From positions 16,881-80,880 of the IMG/VR virus record IMGVR_UViG_3300043598_000012: 64,000 nt of DNA. One strand, given 5' to 3'. Made by a program: the position numbers and the translations under genes. This document shows, piece after piece, positions 10,101-20,084 of this stretch (positions within the stretch are counted from its first letter, which is position 1; the number at the start of each line of letters is the position of its first letter). Origin of the DNA: a virus. The notes under the pieces were generated by a model. That model was not told the origin of the DNA. It did no database searches and worked only from the letters and a program-made list of their open reading frames with translations.

Positions 10101-10215
10101 GCTCTGGAAGCTCAACGAGGGATCCGTGGTGGCTGTGCAGGGTGAGTGGGAACCGACATGGCATAACCTGAGCGTTGGTCGGTCCAAGCAGGTCAAGATC
10201 ATCAAGGCCATTTGA
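7126..10215 (+). CDS. dnaE: DNA polymerase III alpha subunit
   Basis: PHP motifs HTDYSSLDG and AITDHG, GPGRGS, MPDIDTDF catalytic motif, SQHPAG, LYQEQ, YNRSHAVAY. Confidence 0.97.
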   Translation: MMQRRRRAPGSFTFISYVHTDYSSLDGLGTVPEYVERAKADGQEALAITDHGNLCGLPEFYKECRKADIEPILGEEFYFTIDAERHRLETKGKSTKHEEMAEAESEGLGRYHVVILARGQRGYETLCELSTATHHNFYGKPLLDRNIVNELSDKDRDSLVCLSGCATSVISRAVLAGDMQGAARHLIWWREMFPHFYIELQHHDTDFDREINRGLLRLAKRYEVPIVVTNDPHYAVPEDHEHHDALLAIQTASDIDDPERFAFSGSGYHLRTEREMREAFSRYGSEVWKPGILNTQVVAKLCHTRIKDWESKTWHIPKFPDVEDSQAFLQKLTIKGLKELGRFSDREYVKRAKYELGVFEEVGIADFLLITWDIIEEARRLGIGVGPGRGSVCGTLVGQTIRLHKIDPIKYELRFDRFLNPARPKMPDIDTDFSQERREELFPYIIRKYGAENVVTVCAYQTLRLKSAFQSMARAYGIEWNERQKLTKLLANDDENSIDLLPDELREAHPELASRMLRLSGTKKGVSQHPAGVIIADPKDRIAKMVPEMWIASSKRMVGQYDLLAAEAMHLLKQDLLGLRTIDTIEHSVDLIEQSTGEVLDPDSWVPDDEPGDDKVWEMLAEGRTGGVFQMEGPANQQGCREVQPNCFEDVVSITALYRTGAMSAGFPKVFNENRRKGTIDFIHPDLEPILGHTSGVVLYQEQVMDMGEFLAGFDMVQVDDIKDAIKKKDPKVFAIISPLFIRGCMEHSGMSESVAKEIWRYIEGYAGYGYNRSHAVAYTMLTYQTARLKALYPLEFLTALLRTVKGSSKEAKAKREGYMRELMEYGYTMLTPCINRSDELATPDVEHEGVRFGLSDIAGVGHKAASKIVDGRPEGGYTSVKTLMAVANNTGTMDHLHDACALEVLGAPGDLNVAEEKLNWQFVDRMATYREKYALKVRLPVENKNDKCLIIGEIRKITRGTTKGNKPYVTWHLQWDITHTYDIRLWSGTDSLWKLNEGSVVAVQGEWEPTWHNLSVGRSKQVKIIKAI

Positions 10216-10583
10216 TGGCAAGGTGCCTTTACACTTACCCCTCTCAGGATCGATGCATGTTCACCGGCTGCGGGGAAGGTGAGGATTTCTGCCCTGCCCA
10301 CAGGATTATTATCAGAGAGCAGCGCAGCGAGCAGAAGCGGCTAGAGCGTAAGCGTCAGGAAACGGTTGAGAGGCGTCGCAACAAGAAGCCGGAGGTACCG
10401 ATGGCAGTCGAGCGGCGCCCACCTGTGATCGGTCCTCCTGGAGACCCCACTGCACCCTACTGCACCTGCAAGGGCAGAACAGCAGACCACGAGCCGTGCA
10501 CCAACTGCGGAAAGCCGCACTTCATGGACTGGCGAGAGAGCAAGCTCAAGAAGAAGGAGACCGCTAGTGGCAACCAAGGATAA
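10215..10583 (+). CDS. Hypothetical Cys-rich zinc-finger protein
   Basis: Several CxxC/CxC motifs; coupled to dnaE and recA. Confidence 0.55.
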   Translation: MARCLYTYPSQDRCMFTGCGEGEDFCPAHRIIIREQRSEQKRLERKRQETVERRRNKKPEVPMAVERRPPVIGPPGDPTAPYCTCKGRTADHEPCTNCGKPHFMDWRESKLKKKETASGNQG

Positions 10584-11601
10584 GGAAGTCACACTGCTGG
10601 AGCTGGAAGCGGCACTCCAGAAGAGGTTCGGCAGGGGTGTTATCCGTCGGGCTAGCGATCCATCTCTCGAGATCACGCGCATCCCTACGGGCGTCCTGAG
10701 CGTCGACTACCTGCTTGGTGGAGGCATCGCTCGCAACCGTCACACGGAGCTCTACGGGCAGTACAGCGTGGGCAAGAGCCTTCTGGCCCAGCGGACCATC
10801 GCTTCGGCTCAAGCGAACGGCCTGAGGTGCGCCTACGTAGACGTCGAGGGCTCCTTCGACCCTGTCTTCGCCGAGCACCTTGGGGTGGACCTCGAAGAGC
10901 TCTTCATCCCCGACGAGCTGGAGCATGGGAACGCCATCGTCGACTACATCGAGTTCCTCCTGCGCAGCGAGCTCTACGACACCATCACCATCGACTCCAT
11001 CGCTGCTCTCCTACCCAAGGAAGAGCGCGAGGCCAGCTCGGAGAAGAGTACCTACGGAGCGAGTCAGGCGAAGCTCATGAGCTCGGGGTTGCGCAAGCTG
11101 ACCACAGCCAACAAGAAGACGGCTCTGGTGTGGATCAACCAGATGCGGGACTCTATGAGCATGTTCGTCCCCAACACCACCTCCGGGGGTCGAGCGATGG
11201 GCTTCTACGCCGGTGCTCGCATCGAGATGAACCGTGTCGAGATCATCAAGCAGAGCCGCAAGCGTCGCAACGTCAAGACCGGCAAGGTGGACACGGTAGA
11301 TGTGCCGGTGGGGCATCGTGTGCTGCTCAAGGTTGATAAGGACAAGACCGGCGGGGCTCGGCAGTTCGCCCAGGGCACCTTCGTGTTCAACTACGAGGAC
11401 AGCTGCATCGACGAGATCGAGGAGCTCATCTACGTCGGCTCCGAGCTCGGCCTTGTGATGAACAAGGGCAACATGTACGCTGTCAAGAGGTTTGCTGACG
11501 AGCGTCAGAACGGTCGACCTCGTTTCAAGGCTTGGCTTCTCAAGCAGAAGGCTGTCCAGGAAGAGCTCCAGGAGCTGTGCGAGGAGCAGGTCTATGCGTA
11601 G
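10567..11601 (+). CDS. recA: RecA/UvsX-like recombinase
   Basis: IPTGVLSVDYLLGGG, GQYSVGKS P-loop, IDSIAAL, INQMR, TSGGRAMGFYA. Confidence 0.95.
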   Translation: MATKDKEVTLLELEAALQKRFGRGVIRRASDPSLEITRIPTGVLSVDYLLGGGIARNRHTELYGQYSVGKSLLAQRTIASAQANGLRCAYVDVEGSFDPVFAEHLGVDLEELFIPDELEHGNAIVDYIEFLLRSELYDTITIDSIAALLPKEEREASSEKSTYGASQAKLMSSGLRKLTTANKKTALVWINQMRDSMSMFVPNTTSGGRAMGFYAGARIEMNRVEIIKQSRKRRNVKTGKVDTVDVPVGHRVLLKVDKDKTGGARQFAQGTFVFNYEDSCIDEIEELIYVGSELGLVMNKGNMYAVKRFADERQNGRPRFKAWLLKQKAVQEELQELCEEQVYA

Positions 11602-11858
11602 GCTCCGCAAGTGGTGGAGGCTTAGAAACTCAAGGCCCGTCTACGTCTCGCTGTACGGCTCTGATGGCGAGGTGGCAGGGCAGTTGGTGCCCTTCTACAG
11701 GGGATCCAATGTGGATGAGATCATGTTCACAAACATGCCAACATGCACGATAGAGGCCGTGTATGTCAATGGTAAGGAGATCCCGATGTTCTTCCCACGC
11801 ACACTGAACCGTGGCCAGTCTATCTTCTGGCGAGGCGAGGAATTTCACATTGGGTGAG

Positions 11859-12170
11859 TTGCCTCCTTGGCTCACTGGCAAGGAGCGGCTCCGCGAGCAG
11901 AACAGATCGAGTAGGAAGCAAGAGACAGCTAGGGCAGCTGAGGTGGGCGGCAAGCGACAGCGAGGCTCCGGCTCCAAGCATCAAGCACCCAGAGACGTCA
12001 AGACAGCAACGCACCTCGAAGAACTGAAGGAGACCGATGGAAACAGGATCACCATTGACGCCAGGGACTTCGCCAAGCTCCAACGGCAAGGACGGCAGCA
12101 AGGTCGGTCCGTCCGCTTCGTCGTCGAGTTCAAGCAGCACGGACTCCGCCTCATCATCGAAGAGGGCTAG
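11859..12170 (+). CDS. Putative phage PD-(D/E)XK Holliday junction resolvase
   Basis: QE...A...GGKRQRGSGS...DV...EELKET pattern; start codon uncertain. Confidence 0.55.
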   Translation: MPPWLTGKERLREQNRSSRKQETARAAEVGGKRQRGSGSKHQAPRDVKTATHLEELKETDGNRITIDARDFAKLQRQGRQQGRSVRFVVEFKQHGLRLIIEEG

Positions 12171-12430
12171 GTGCCCCAGCTGCAAGAGTGAGTACCCGGA
12201 GAGGGGCAACAAGGTTCGCTACGACGCTGGCGATGCATTCCGCCACAAGGATTGTGACGATCCATTTCATTACGTACGAGACCAGCACTCTCCTGCGATC
12301 ATGTCTCAGCACCGGGAGAGCGACATGCGGGTGCACACCAACCTCTCCTTCAGCCTTTACGGCTCGCGCATCCATGTCGAGCAGGCCTTGAAGGATCTCA
12401 GGCGGCTGTTGGAGCTGAACGGCTATCGAG

Positions 12431-13366
12431 ATGCCAAGATCAGCGGGTTGGTCACCTCACTCAGTGGATCCTGATAAGAAGCTCCTCTCCAAGCTCGTAA
12501 GGGCTATGAAGAACACGGAGCAGGATCCTCTGCGCCCGCTCATCGACGAGTACCTCGTGAAGCGGGAGCGGCGGGACCTACGCTCCAAGCGCCTGAAGGA
12601 GTACAGGGTTCCTCTTCTACCGGACGTGCGGCCAGGTGGGCGTCTCTCTCCCAGCGCCATCTGCGGCTGTAAGCGGCTCGCTGCGTTCAAGTACGCCGGT
12701 GTGCAGGGCGACGAGAGGATCGACCCTGACACTGAGTTGATCTTCGACGACGGCAACTGGCGGCACCACCGTTGGCAGGCTACCTTCCTCGACATGGAGG
12801 CCTTGCTCGGGCGAGAGCGGATCCGTGTGCTCGGGATCGAGGATCGTGTCGGCGACGAGCGGCTTCACATTGCAGGTTCACTAGACGTCTTGCTGGCTAT
12901 CAAGGTGCGACGAGGCAACGGGATGGTGTGGGAGAAGTACCTCATTGACATTAAGGGGATCAACACCTACGGGTTCAGCCGCATCACCATGGACAACGCG
13001 GCCAAGTCGGAGCACGTGCGGCAGGTCATCACTTACTGCAAACTGCGGCAGATTCGCAGAGGGTTGCTGCTCTACGAGAACAAGAACAGCAACGAGATCC
13101 GGGTCTTTCAGGTGCCGTTCAACCAGAAGCTCTGGCAGGAGGTCGAGGACTGGTCTTTGGAGGTGCTCGACGCCTTGGAGCACAAGCGGCTACCCCCGAT
13201 GCACCCCGAGTGCGAGGGAGGCACCTACCTGTGGGAGAAATGCCCTTACCGTCGGCTCTGCTACGGCATGGAGCCAGCTGAGGCGAGGCGTGAGACCTAC
13301 GTACACTTCAAGGGTGTCGACGAGGCTTGGGCGGCTGGCCACGAGGATTGGGAGGAGCGGGGTTGA
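12431..13366 (+). CDS. Cas4/RecB-like PD-(D/E)XK exonuclease
   Basis: LSPSAICGCKR, GSLD, IDIKG, QVITY, C-terminal C...CPYRRLC Fe-S ligands. Confidence 0.85.
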   Translation: MPRSAGWSPHSVDPDKKLLSKLVRAMKNTEQDPLRPLIDEYLVKRERRDLRSKRLKEYRVPLLPDVRPGGRLSPSAICGCKRLAAFKYAGVQGDERIDPDTELIFDDGNWRHHRWQATFLDMEALLGRERIRVLGIEDRVGDERLHIAGSLDVLLAIKVRRGNGMVWEKYLIDIKGINTYGFSRITMDNAAKSEHVRQVITYCKLRQIRRGLLLYENKNSNEIRVFQVPFNQKLWQEVEDWSLEVLDALEHKRLPPMHPECEGGTYLWEKCPYRRLCYGMEPAEARRETYVHFKGVDEAWAAGHEDWEERG

Positions 13367-13761
13367 GCAAGCGAGCGTTCTATGGGGAGATTGACGAAGA
13401 GCTGGGTTGGTATTGGCTTTCACCGTCACCTGTTCCTGGCAACCCTCCTTATGCCGAGCTGATGAAGCTTGGCGAGCTGCCTTCCATCGAAACGCAGATC
13501 TGTCGTTGGATGGAACACCTGGCAACTAAGGGCGCCGTTTTCACCGCCGAAGGCACTCTCAAGAAGATCGAGGAGGAGATCGGCGAGCTGAAGGATGCCC
13601 CCGACGATCCAGAAGAGGTGGCAGACATCATCATCGCAGCCATCGTCTTCTTCCATCAGAGTGGACATCGAAATCTTGGCGCTGAGCTGTGCAAGAAGAT
13701 GCGCAAGAACGAGGCTCGCACTTGGGCCATCCAACCAGATGGGAGTTTCCACCATGTCTGA
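13363..13761 (+). CDS. MazG-like all-alpha dNTP pyrophosphohydrolase
   Basis: KKIEEEIGEL...EEVADII...KMRKNEARTW. Confidence 0.7.
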   Translation: MSKRAFYGEIDEELGWYWLSPSPVPGNPPYAELMKLGELPSIETQICRWMEHLATKGAVFTAEGTLKKIEEEIGELKDAPDDPEEVADIIIAAIVFFHQSGHRNLGAELCKKMRKNEARTWAIQPDGSFHHV

Positions 13762-14281
13762 GGTTTTGCACAGCGATCAGCCAGGCGACATCTCAGGGCC
13801 TTCACAAATGGGCGTCGGCATGCGAGTACCTGCCATCGTGTTTGACATCGATGGTGTGCTGTGCGACTCGGCCCAGAGCATCGCAGATGCCATCGAGGCA
13901 GCTCATGCCGTTGCTGAGCATGTCGACTGGATCGAGTGGAACAAGGGCGAATTCGCCTGCCACCCCGAGTACGTAGCCTTGGCTCAGCTACTCGCTCAGG
14001 CGGACGTGGCGATCATCCTGCTCACAGCCCGCCAGGAGCCTTCAAGGGAAGTCACGGAGTTGTGGCTCCAGAAGCACAGCATCCCCTTCGATGAGTTGCT
14101 CATGCGACCCATGGACCACGACTACTTCACCTGGAAGCAGGATGCTCTCTTGGCCTTGCGGAGCTCCGCATTTGACGTAAAGGTGGTGCTGGAGGATTCC
14201 TCCGCACACGTCGCTGCCATTCGCCGAGAGGTCGAGCTGCCGGTGATCCACGTGCAGAACGTGGGGAGTCACCTCCAGTAG
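13754..14281 (+). CDS. HAD-family phosphatase (PNKP 3'-phosphatase/nucleotidase-like)
   Basis: FDIDGVL, LTAR, LLMRP, LEDS motifs. Confidence 0.85.
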   Translation: MSEVLHSDQPGDISGPSQMGVGMRVPAIVFDIDGVLCDSAQSIADAIEAAHAVAEHVDWIEWNKGEFACHPEYVALAQLLAQADVAIILLTARQEPSREVTELWLQKHSIPFDELLMRPMDHDYFTWKQDALLALRSSAFDVKVVLEDSSAHVAAIRREVELPVIHVQNVGSHLQ

Positions 14282-14660
14282 CCGTGGCACTCGATGACAT
14301 CCCTTCCGCCGCCACCGCTGATCCCCATTGTCCGGCATGCAGGCTCGGACGAGGTGACGAGATCGACTATGCACTCGGCGGGGAGACGATCTATCAGTGT
14401 GACACGTGTCAGCACCGTTGGGCCGAGCGAGATCGAGGTCACCAGAGCTCTGCGCACAGGCCAGGGAACTAGGGACGCCAGGGGCGCCGCCGACTCCTTC
14501 GCCCTGGCCCGCATGCTCGAACTGTTCGCCGCGGTCGATGATGTATGCTCTGAGGACGACGCATTCGCCCCCGACAAGTTGCGCATGGGCCTAGGGAGGA
14601 TTTACAGAGCATGGAAAATCTGTCGGGCGGAGTTGGATCCCAACTTCAATGCTGAACGTG

Positions 14661-15092
14661 ATGGACTGGCTAAGGCGGAAGGCGGAGCAGTCAGTCATGG
14701 AGCAGGAGGAACCGATGCTACCATGCACACTTCTCATGCACCTGTTCTACGGCCCCGATATCGACGGAAGGTCAGAGCCCGCCCGTGATCAACGAGAGCA
14801 ATTGGCCAAGGCCTTATGTGCCACATGCGAGCAGCGGGTTCCCTGCCTTAGACGAGCGGTGCGGAACAGGGAGAATCTAGGTGTACAGGGCGGCATGGGC
14901 GAAGGAGAGCGAAGAGCTTACCTTCAGCACCTCAAGGATGAAGGTTACGAGAACTGTCCAGAGGATGATGTCGAGTTGTACGCATCACTTAGAGAGTTTT
15001 ACCAGAAACACGAAGGCCGCTACATACATACGCTGGAGTTGGATGTGATGGCTGAGTGGGAAGCTTATCATTGGATGCTAGAGTCCGAATGA
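14661..15092 (+). CDS. whiB: WhiB-family Fe-S transcription factor
   Basis: C...LF...AKALCATCEQRVPCL...GVQGG...ERR; start could be 14661, 14697 or 14715. Confidence 0.85.
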   Translation: MDWLRRKAEQSVMEQEEPMLPCTLLMHLFYGPDIDGRSEPARDQREQLAKALCATCEQRVPCLRRAVRNRENLGVQGGMGEGERRAYLQHLKDEGYENCPEDDVELYASLREFYQKHEGRYIHTLELDVMAEWEAYHWMLESE

Positions 15093-15571
15093 GCTTTTCA
15101 GTACTCGGTGTAGACCTTTCGTTGACAGCCACCGGCATCAATTTGAACGACGGCAAGCCTCGACAGCACCGTCTTATCCGCACCAAGCCGGATGAGCATC
15201 TGGAGGTGCGAAAAGATCGGATCGTCACTTCCATCCTCCGCTATGCGAAGAGGTCGAGGTGCAGCATCGTGCTCTTGGAGAAACTCAACAGCGGTCCCAA
15301 GAACCACGACAACCGACCAGCTCAGGCCATGAGCGTCGTGACTCGGGAACTCTGGTTGGCGGGCATCCCTTACGATGAGGTGGCCAGCAACACGGTCAAG
15401 CTCTACGCCACCGGCAACGGTCGAGCTGAGAAGCCGGAGATGGTCGAGGCAGCAGAGGCGCTCGGGGTGGACCTGAGCGCGTACGCCAAGTCGCTCCGCC
15501 ACAACGTGGCTGATGCCATCTGGGTTGCTGCTTGGGGATACTCCCACCGAGATACGCTGTCTGTGATATAG
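15089..15571 (+). CDS. RuvC-like Holliday junction resolvase
   Basis: LGVDLSLTATG, VKLYATGNGRAEK, NVADA. Confidence 0.85.
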   Translation: MSFSVLGVDLSLTATGINLNDGKPRQHRLIRTKPDEHLEVRKDRIVTSILRYAKRSRCSIVLLEKLNSGPKNHDNRPAQAMSVVTRELWLAGIPYDEVASNTVKLYATGNGRAEKPEMVEAAEALGVDLSAYAKSLRHNVADAIWVAAWGYSHRDTLSVI

Positions 15572-15578
15572 TGGTGGG

Positions 15579-16124
15579 GTGCGGACGTGTCCCAAGTGTG
15601 GTCAGACCAAGCCTGAGTCGTGCTTCTACCAGAGTAAGAAGACCAACGGTTGTAGAGCGTGCGAGCGTTTGGCTGCTGGCAAGTACAAGAGGAAACTGAC
15701 GCCTGAGCGTAGGGCAGAGATCAACGCTAGAGCTCGTCAGCGACACCAAGAGCGCCGGAAGGATCCTGAGTACGTAGAGGCCAGGAACGCAAGAGCGAGG
15801 GCGCAGAGCCGAGCAGCACGAGAGGACCCTGTGCGTCGAGCTGCCATAGCGGCAGCCACTAGAAGTCGCAACCTGTTGAAGGCCCACGGCATGCAGGAGG
15901 AGGACTTCGACGAGCTCTGCGAACTGCAAGGTGGCGTCTGTGCCTTGTGCGACGGGATCCCGAGTGGCCGCGGCCCGAACAAGTTCTTGCACGTAGACCA
16001 CGATCACACTTCTGGTGTGCTGAGGATGCTCCTGTGTAGCAACTGCAACACGGCTCTCGGGCTCATGAAAGACAACCCTGATCTGCTTCGAAAGGCAGCC
16101 GAGTACTTGGAGATCTTCGCATGA
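15579..16124 (+). CDS. Endonuclease VII-type HNH homing endonuclease (leaderless)
   Basis: QGGVCALC...LHVDHDH...LLCSNCN; TATAGT-6 bp-GTG. Confidence 0.88.
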   Translation: MRTCPKCGQTKPESCFYQSKKTNGCRACERLAAGKYKRKLTPERRAEINARARQRHQERRKDPEYVEARNARARAQSRAAREDPVRRAAIAAATRSRNLLKAHGMQEEDFDELCELQGGVCALCDGIPSGRGPNKFLHVDHDHTSGVLRMLLCSNCNTALGLMKDNPDLLRKAAEYLEIFA

Positions 16125-16927
16125 TCCATGTGGCCCGTTGGGGCAAGCACCACGAGCACGAGCTCGACGTAGGATAGGTGCTGTGAAGTCCCCCAGCCAC
16201 TTCCGATGCTTCCCCTGTCGAGCGCTCACCGAGATCGATCGGTCGCTGGAGCTCATGACGTGCGCCAACTGCGGAACGCACGAGGGAGACCTGGTCAACA
16301 TAGTGGCTTGCCCACGGCCAGAGACCTACACGCTTCCCGGCGAGAGCTGGCGGTGCAGCCTTCCCTTCCACGACTACCAGCGGGACGCCCACGTGGTCCC
16401 TTGGGAGCAGCGTGAGATGCTGCTGACGGACTGATGGCTACTGCAACCAAGACCCTCAACTTCAAGATCAACCTGGCCCCACTCCGCTGGGCGCTGCGCC
16501 AGATCGACCACACGCTCACGACTTGGTTCAACAAGCCATGGAACGTTGAGAACAAGTACGACCGACAGCGGCTGCGCGAGCTCGCCCAGAACGCAGTCGT
16601 GCTCGATGCTCTCGCTGATGACGATGCCTGAGCCCACCAAGCGGGAGATCAACCGGGGCATCGCCAGGGGGGCTCGTTGCCCCAACTGTCGAGCCTTCTG
16701 GTCTTGGTGTGTCTGCTCTGCTGTGGAGCGAGCATCTGCCATGCGAGCCCTGCTGGAGGAGCAGGTGCTGCTCTTCCGAGAGGTGGCTCACTGTGCCTGG
16801 CACCTCCTCGACGATGGTGGTGAAGTCGAGGGCGATGATGAGATGTGGCAAGGATCCAAGCGGGATGCCGACAGACTCTCGGATGCGCTCAACGACCTAG
16901 AGGCGAGTGGCTGGGACGCACACCCTG

Positions 16928-17884
16928 ATGCCTGACTTCCTGCCTGATGGTGAAGAGCGCTTCGAGGAGCTCGTGGAGTTCATGCTCCACATGCACAGCA
17001 GCCGGGACCTCGATCCGCTGTACCCAGTGCTGCGCAAGCTCCAGAACAACTTCAACCGAGAGCAGGGGCTCTGGTTCAGCTTCCTCTACGTGGCGTGGTA
17101 CAACCTGCCTTCGGCTTGGGCAGCGTTCAACATGTCTACCTACCCGACCGAGCTGCTACCTCTGTGGCTGGACCCCAAGTGGCCGACCGGCACAGAGCGT
17201 CGAGCCAACCGTGGTGGCAAGGTGGCCGAACACATCCAGGACTACATGCTCAAGATCGCGGGGAGCCGTAGTCAGTACCGCTGGTACACCAAGGACTTGG
17301 TGCTGGATGATCTTGATCAAGCAACCAAGGAGATCAACTGGTACACGCTCAACGAGCGCATCCAGTCACTCTTCATGAACGGTCGTTGGGCGGGATACAA
17401 GCACTGCGAGGTGCTGGCCAAGGTCAACGGCATCCCAGTGCTAGCTCCCCACATGGGTCACGCCAACAGTAGCGGACCTCGCCAAGGTCTTGCTATGATC
17501 TACGATTGCAGCGAGCTGACTGGCAACGACCCAGGCACCATCGCTGTGCTCGATGAGATGAGCGCGGACCTGACCTTCCAACTCGACCAAGCTCTCCCCG
17601 GCTTGAACCTGGAGATAGAGGACGTGGAGACGATCCTCTGCAACTGGAAGTCGCTGATGAAGGGCAAGTACTACGTCGGTCACGACATCGACGAGCTGCA
17701 AGAGCAGATCCTCCGAGCAGAGGAGCGTGGCATCCTTTCGAAGGAGTCCTCGCGCTACCTGTGGCGGGCTCGCAAGGCCGTCTTGCCGCACGAGTACCTC
17801 GGTGAACTGGGAGGATGGGAGGGCGTAGACCGACGGCGCATGGCTGCGTACAAAGACACTGGAAGGATTGAGGTGCGATCGTGA
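16928..17884 (+). CDS. aGPT-Pplase2 amino acid:DNA transferase (thymidine hypermodification)
   Basis: DLDPLY, PTGTERR, GRWAGYK, SGPRQGL, ETILC, YYVGHDIDE, LPHEYLGE motifs. Confidence 0.85.
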   Translation: MPDFLPDGEERFEELVEFMLHMHSSRDLDPLYPVLRKLQNNFNREQGLWFSFLYVAWYNLPSAWAAFNMSTYPTELLPLWLDPKWPTGTERRANRGGKVAEHIQDYMLKIAGSRSQYRWYTKDLVLDDLDQATKEINWYTLNERIQSLFMNGRWAGYKHCEVLAKVNGIPVLAPHMGHANSSGPRQGLAMIYDCSELTGNDPGTIAVLDEMSADLTFQLDQALPGLNLEIEDVETILCNWKSLMKGKYYVGHDIDELQEQILRAEERGILSKESSRYLWRARKAVLPHEYLGELGGWEGVDRRRMAAYKDTGRIEVRS

Positions 17885-18014
17885 AGAAGTTCGAACCGCC
17901 CCGTGAGGGCGACAGCTGGAGGGTGTACACCAAGCGAGAGGCCAAGCGTCTCCGCACCACCCGGCGTCGTGTCATCCGGGCCATGGCCAAGAACAACCGG
18001 AAGGTGGTCGAGAA

Positions 18015-18263
18015 GTGAGGCTCATCACAGCAGCCATAGGAGGTGCCATCGCCGGAGGAGTCATGGCGTGCTCTGCCAGTTCTGGCGCTGATGTCTCTGA
18101 CGTCAAGACGGACAGCTTCGAGCTGGACCTTCGAGAGCCAGGCATCCAGGTCGCGGACTTCGTGAACGAGCACGGCAAGCCGTGCACCGTCGTCGGCGAG
18201 CGTGCAGGTGATGGCGGAGACGGCGTGTCGCTCTCCCTTTCCTGCGACTGGAGTGCTCGATGA
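18015..18263 (+). CDS. Putative lipoprotein
   Basis: Hydrophobic N-terminus ending in VMAC (lipobox-like). Confidence 0.5.
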   Translation: MRLITAAIGGAIAGGVMACSASSGADVSDVKTDSFELDLREPGIQVADFVNEHGKPCTVVGERAGDGGDGVSLSLSCDWSAR

Positions 18264-18562
18264 GCTCTCGAGAGATCGTCGCAGTCATCCTCATGGTGGC
18301 AGCAGCAGCGGTGCTCGCCAACGGAGGACACGTGTGGGCCGCTGCTGCTGTGCTCATCTTCGGCGGCATCATCGCAGCAGCGAGTGGGAGCTCTGGGCAC
18401 GATGGCTGAGGGCTACGACGTAGAGCTCTCTGACGCCAACGGCGAGATCTTCACCGCCACGCTCTACTCCGAAGATCAGTTCGAGCGGGTCAAGCGAGCC
18501 AACGAGTCGGGACTACTCAAGGTGCGCACATTCATCATCGAGCACAACAAGAGAGAGGTCTG

Positions 18563-18949
18563 ATGAGCGCTGTTCGAGAGCGTCCGCCGGTCATGCGCCA
18601 TGGCCAGACCACCTCGTTTCACGTGGGCGAGGCCAAGGGCTACATGACCGTCAACCTGTCGGAGGATGGCAGGCCCATCGAGATCTTTCTGAAGCTCGCC
18701 AAGCAGGGTTCCACCCTCTCCGGCATCTTCGACTCGCTCGCCATCCTCATCAGCCACTCGCTACAGCGGGGCGTTGGCGTCGAAGAGATCTGCGACTCGC
18801 TCATCGGGCTCCGCTTCGAGCCTTGGGGGCAGACCAACGACCCTGACATCCCTGAGGCACGTTCGATCAGCGACTACATCGGTCGTCGGCTCGCGCTCGA
18901 CTACGTGGACTGGGAGGTCGCTTCCGAGCTCCTCCAGAAGCACCAGTGA
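18563..18949 (+). CDS. Stand-alone TSCPD domain (class II ribonucleotide reductase C-terminal part)
   Basis: GYMTV...DGRPIEIF...KQGSTL...LQRGV...RFEPWG...SISDYI. Confidence 0.85.
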   Translation: MSAVRERPPVMRHGQTTSFHVGEAKGYMTVNLSEDGRPIEIFLKLAKQGSTLSGIFDSLAILISHSLQRGVGVEEICDSLIGLRFEPWGQTNDPDIPEARSISDYIGRRLALDYVDWEVASELLQKHQ

Positions 18950-19506
18950 CCTGCATCGCAGCCGTCGCTGGTGAAGACGGCACCGTGTACATGGGCGGGG
19001 ACTCCGCAGGGATCGACTCGCGTCTCGACCTTGGCATCCACGCTGAGACCAAGGTGTGGCGCTCAGGTCCGGCGCTCTTCGGGGCGTGTGGCTCCTTCCG
19101 AGTCGCCCAGCTCATCCGCAACAAGATGCACGTGCCGACCTACGAGCCGGGTGACGATGTCTGGCCCTACCTGGTCGGCCCGTTCATCGACGCCATGCGT
19201 GAGTCGCTGGCCATGGGCGGAGCCCTGGCGCAGTGGCTGGAAGATGCTAACGAGTCGATGTTCGGCAGCTTCGTGGTGGCCGTCGGCGGCAGGGTCTTTG
19301 AGATGTACGAGGACTTCGGCGTCGGAGAGCTTGTGCACGGCTACGCCGCAGTGGGTTGCGGAGCTCCGATGGCTGTCGGTTCCTTGGCGACCACCGAGCA
19401 CCTTCGAGTAGGCCCCAAGCGTCGAGTCGAACTTGCTCTAGAGGCAGCGGAGCGACACAGCGGAGGGGTGCGAGGCCCCATGCATATTGAGAAGCTCCCT
19501 GCATGA
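18946..19506 (+). CDS. HslV/proteasome-like Ntn hydrolase
   Basis: N-terminal MTCIAA (Thr nucleophile), GGDS, AVGCG. Confidence 0.75.
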   Translation: MTCIAAVAGEDGTVYMGGDSAGIDSRLDLGIHAETKVWRSGPALFGACGSFRVAQLIRNKMHVPTYEPGDDVWPYLVGPFIDAMRESLAMGGALAQWLEDANESMFGSFVVAVGGRVFEMYEDFGVGELVHGYAAVGCGAPMAVGSLATTEHLRVGPKRRVELALEAAERHSGGVRGPMHIEKLPA

Positions 19507-20084
19507 CTCTTCCTGACCACGAGATCGAAGCGGCGGTGCGCAGCCACAACCTGGGCATCGAGCCATTCAACGAGGAACAGCTCCAGCCTGCGAGCTACGA
19601 CTTGCGGTTGGATCGCTACTTCCGCCGAGTGCGTGGTGCAGCTTCTGAGGCGCGGCTCGTGGACCCCGCTAAGGACCAGGACTGGACTGTCGAGGCGCAC
19701 CCTGTGCACCGTGGCGGCAGGCCTATGATCGGCTTGGAACCTAACAAGATGCTGCTGGCGAGCACTGTGGAGCGGATCCGGATGCCCGCCCACCTCGTCG
19801 CCCGTGTTGAGGGCAAGAGCTCGCTGGCTCGGCTAGGCCTGTTCGTGCACGTCACGGCAGGCTTCATCGACCCAGGCTTCGAAGGTCACATCACGCTGGA
19901 GCTCTACTGCGGCAACGGGCGGGGCATCATCCTCTACCCCGGCATGCCCATTGCTCAGATCGCTTTCGACCGGATGGACTCGCCACCCCGCCAGGTGTAC
20001 GCCGGGAAGTACCAGGGCTCCAACGAGCCTGGGCCAGTGCCTTCTAGGTACCACCAGAACTTCCCACTCAAGGAGATGACATGA
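19503..20084 (+). CDS. dcd: dCTP deaminase (possibly dUMP-forming)
   Basis: QPASYDLRL, EGKSSLARLGL, TAGFIDPGFEGHITLE. Confidence 0.93.
   Translation: MTLPDHEIEAAVRSHNLGIEPFNEEQLQPASYDLRLDRYFRRVRGAASEARLVDPAKDQDWTVEAHPVHRGGRPMIGLEPNKMLLASTVERIRMPAHLVARVEGKSSLARLGLFVHVTAGFIDPGFEGHITLELYCGNGRGIILYPGMPIAQIAFDRMDSPPRQVYAGKYQGSNEPGPVPSRYHQNFPLKEMT

Noticed and set aside
7126-10215. Intein or intron in dnaE, recA or terL
   Set aside because: The proteins are of normal length with contiguous motifs and no intein splice-junction signature was seen
12431-13366. CRISPR-Cas system implied by the Cas4-like gene
   Set aside because: No repeat-spacer array or other cas genes were seen; solo Cas4-like nucleases are common phage recombination genes
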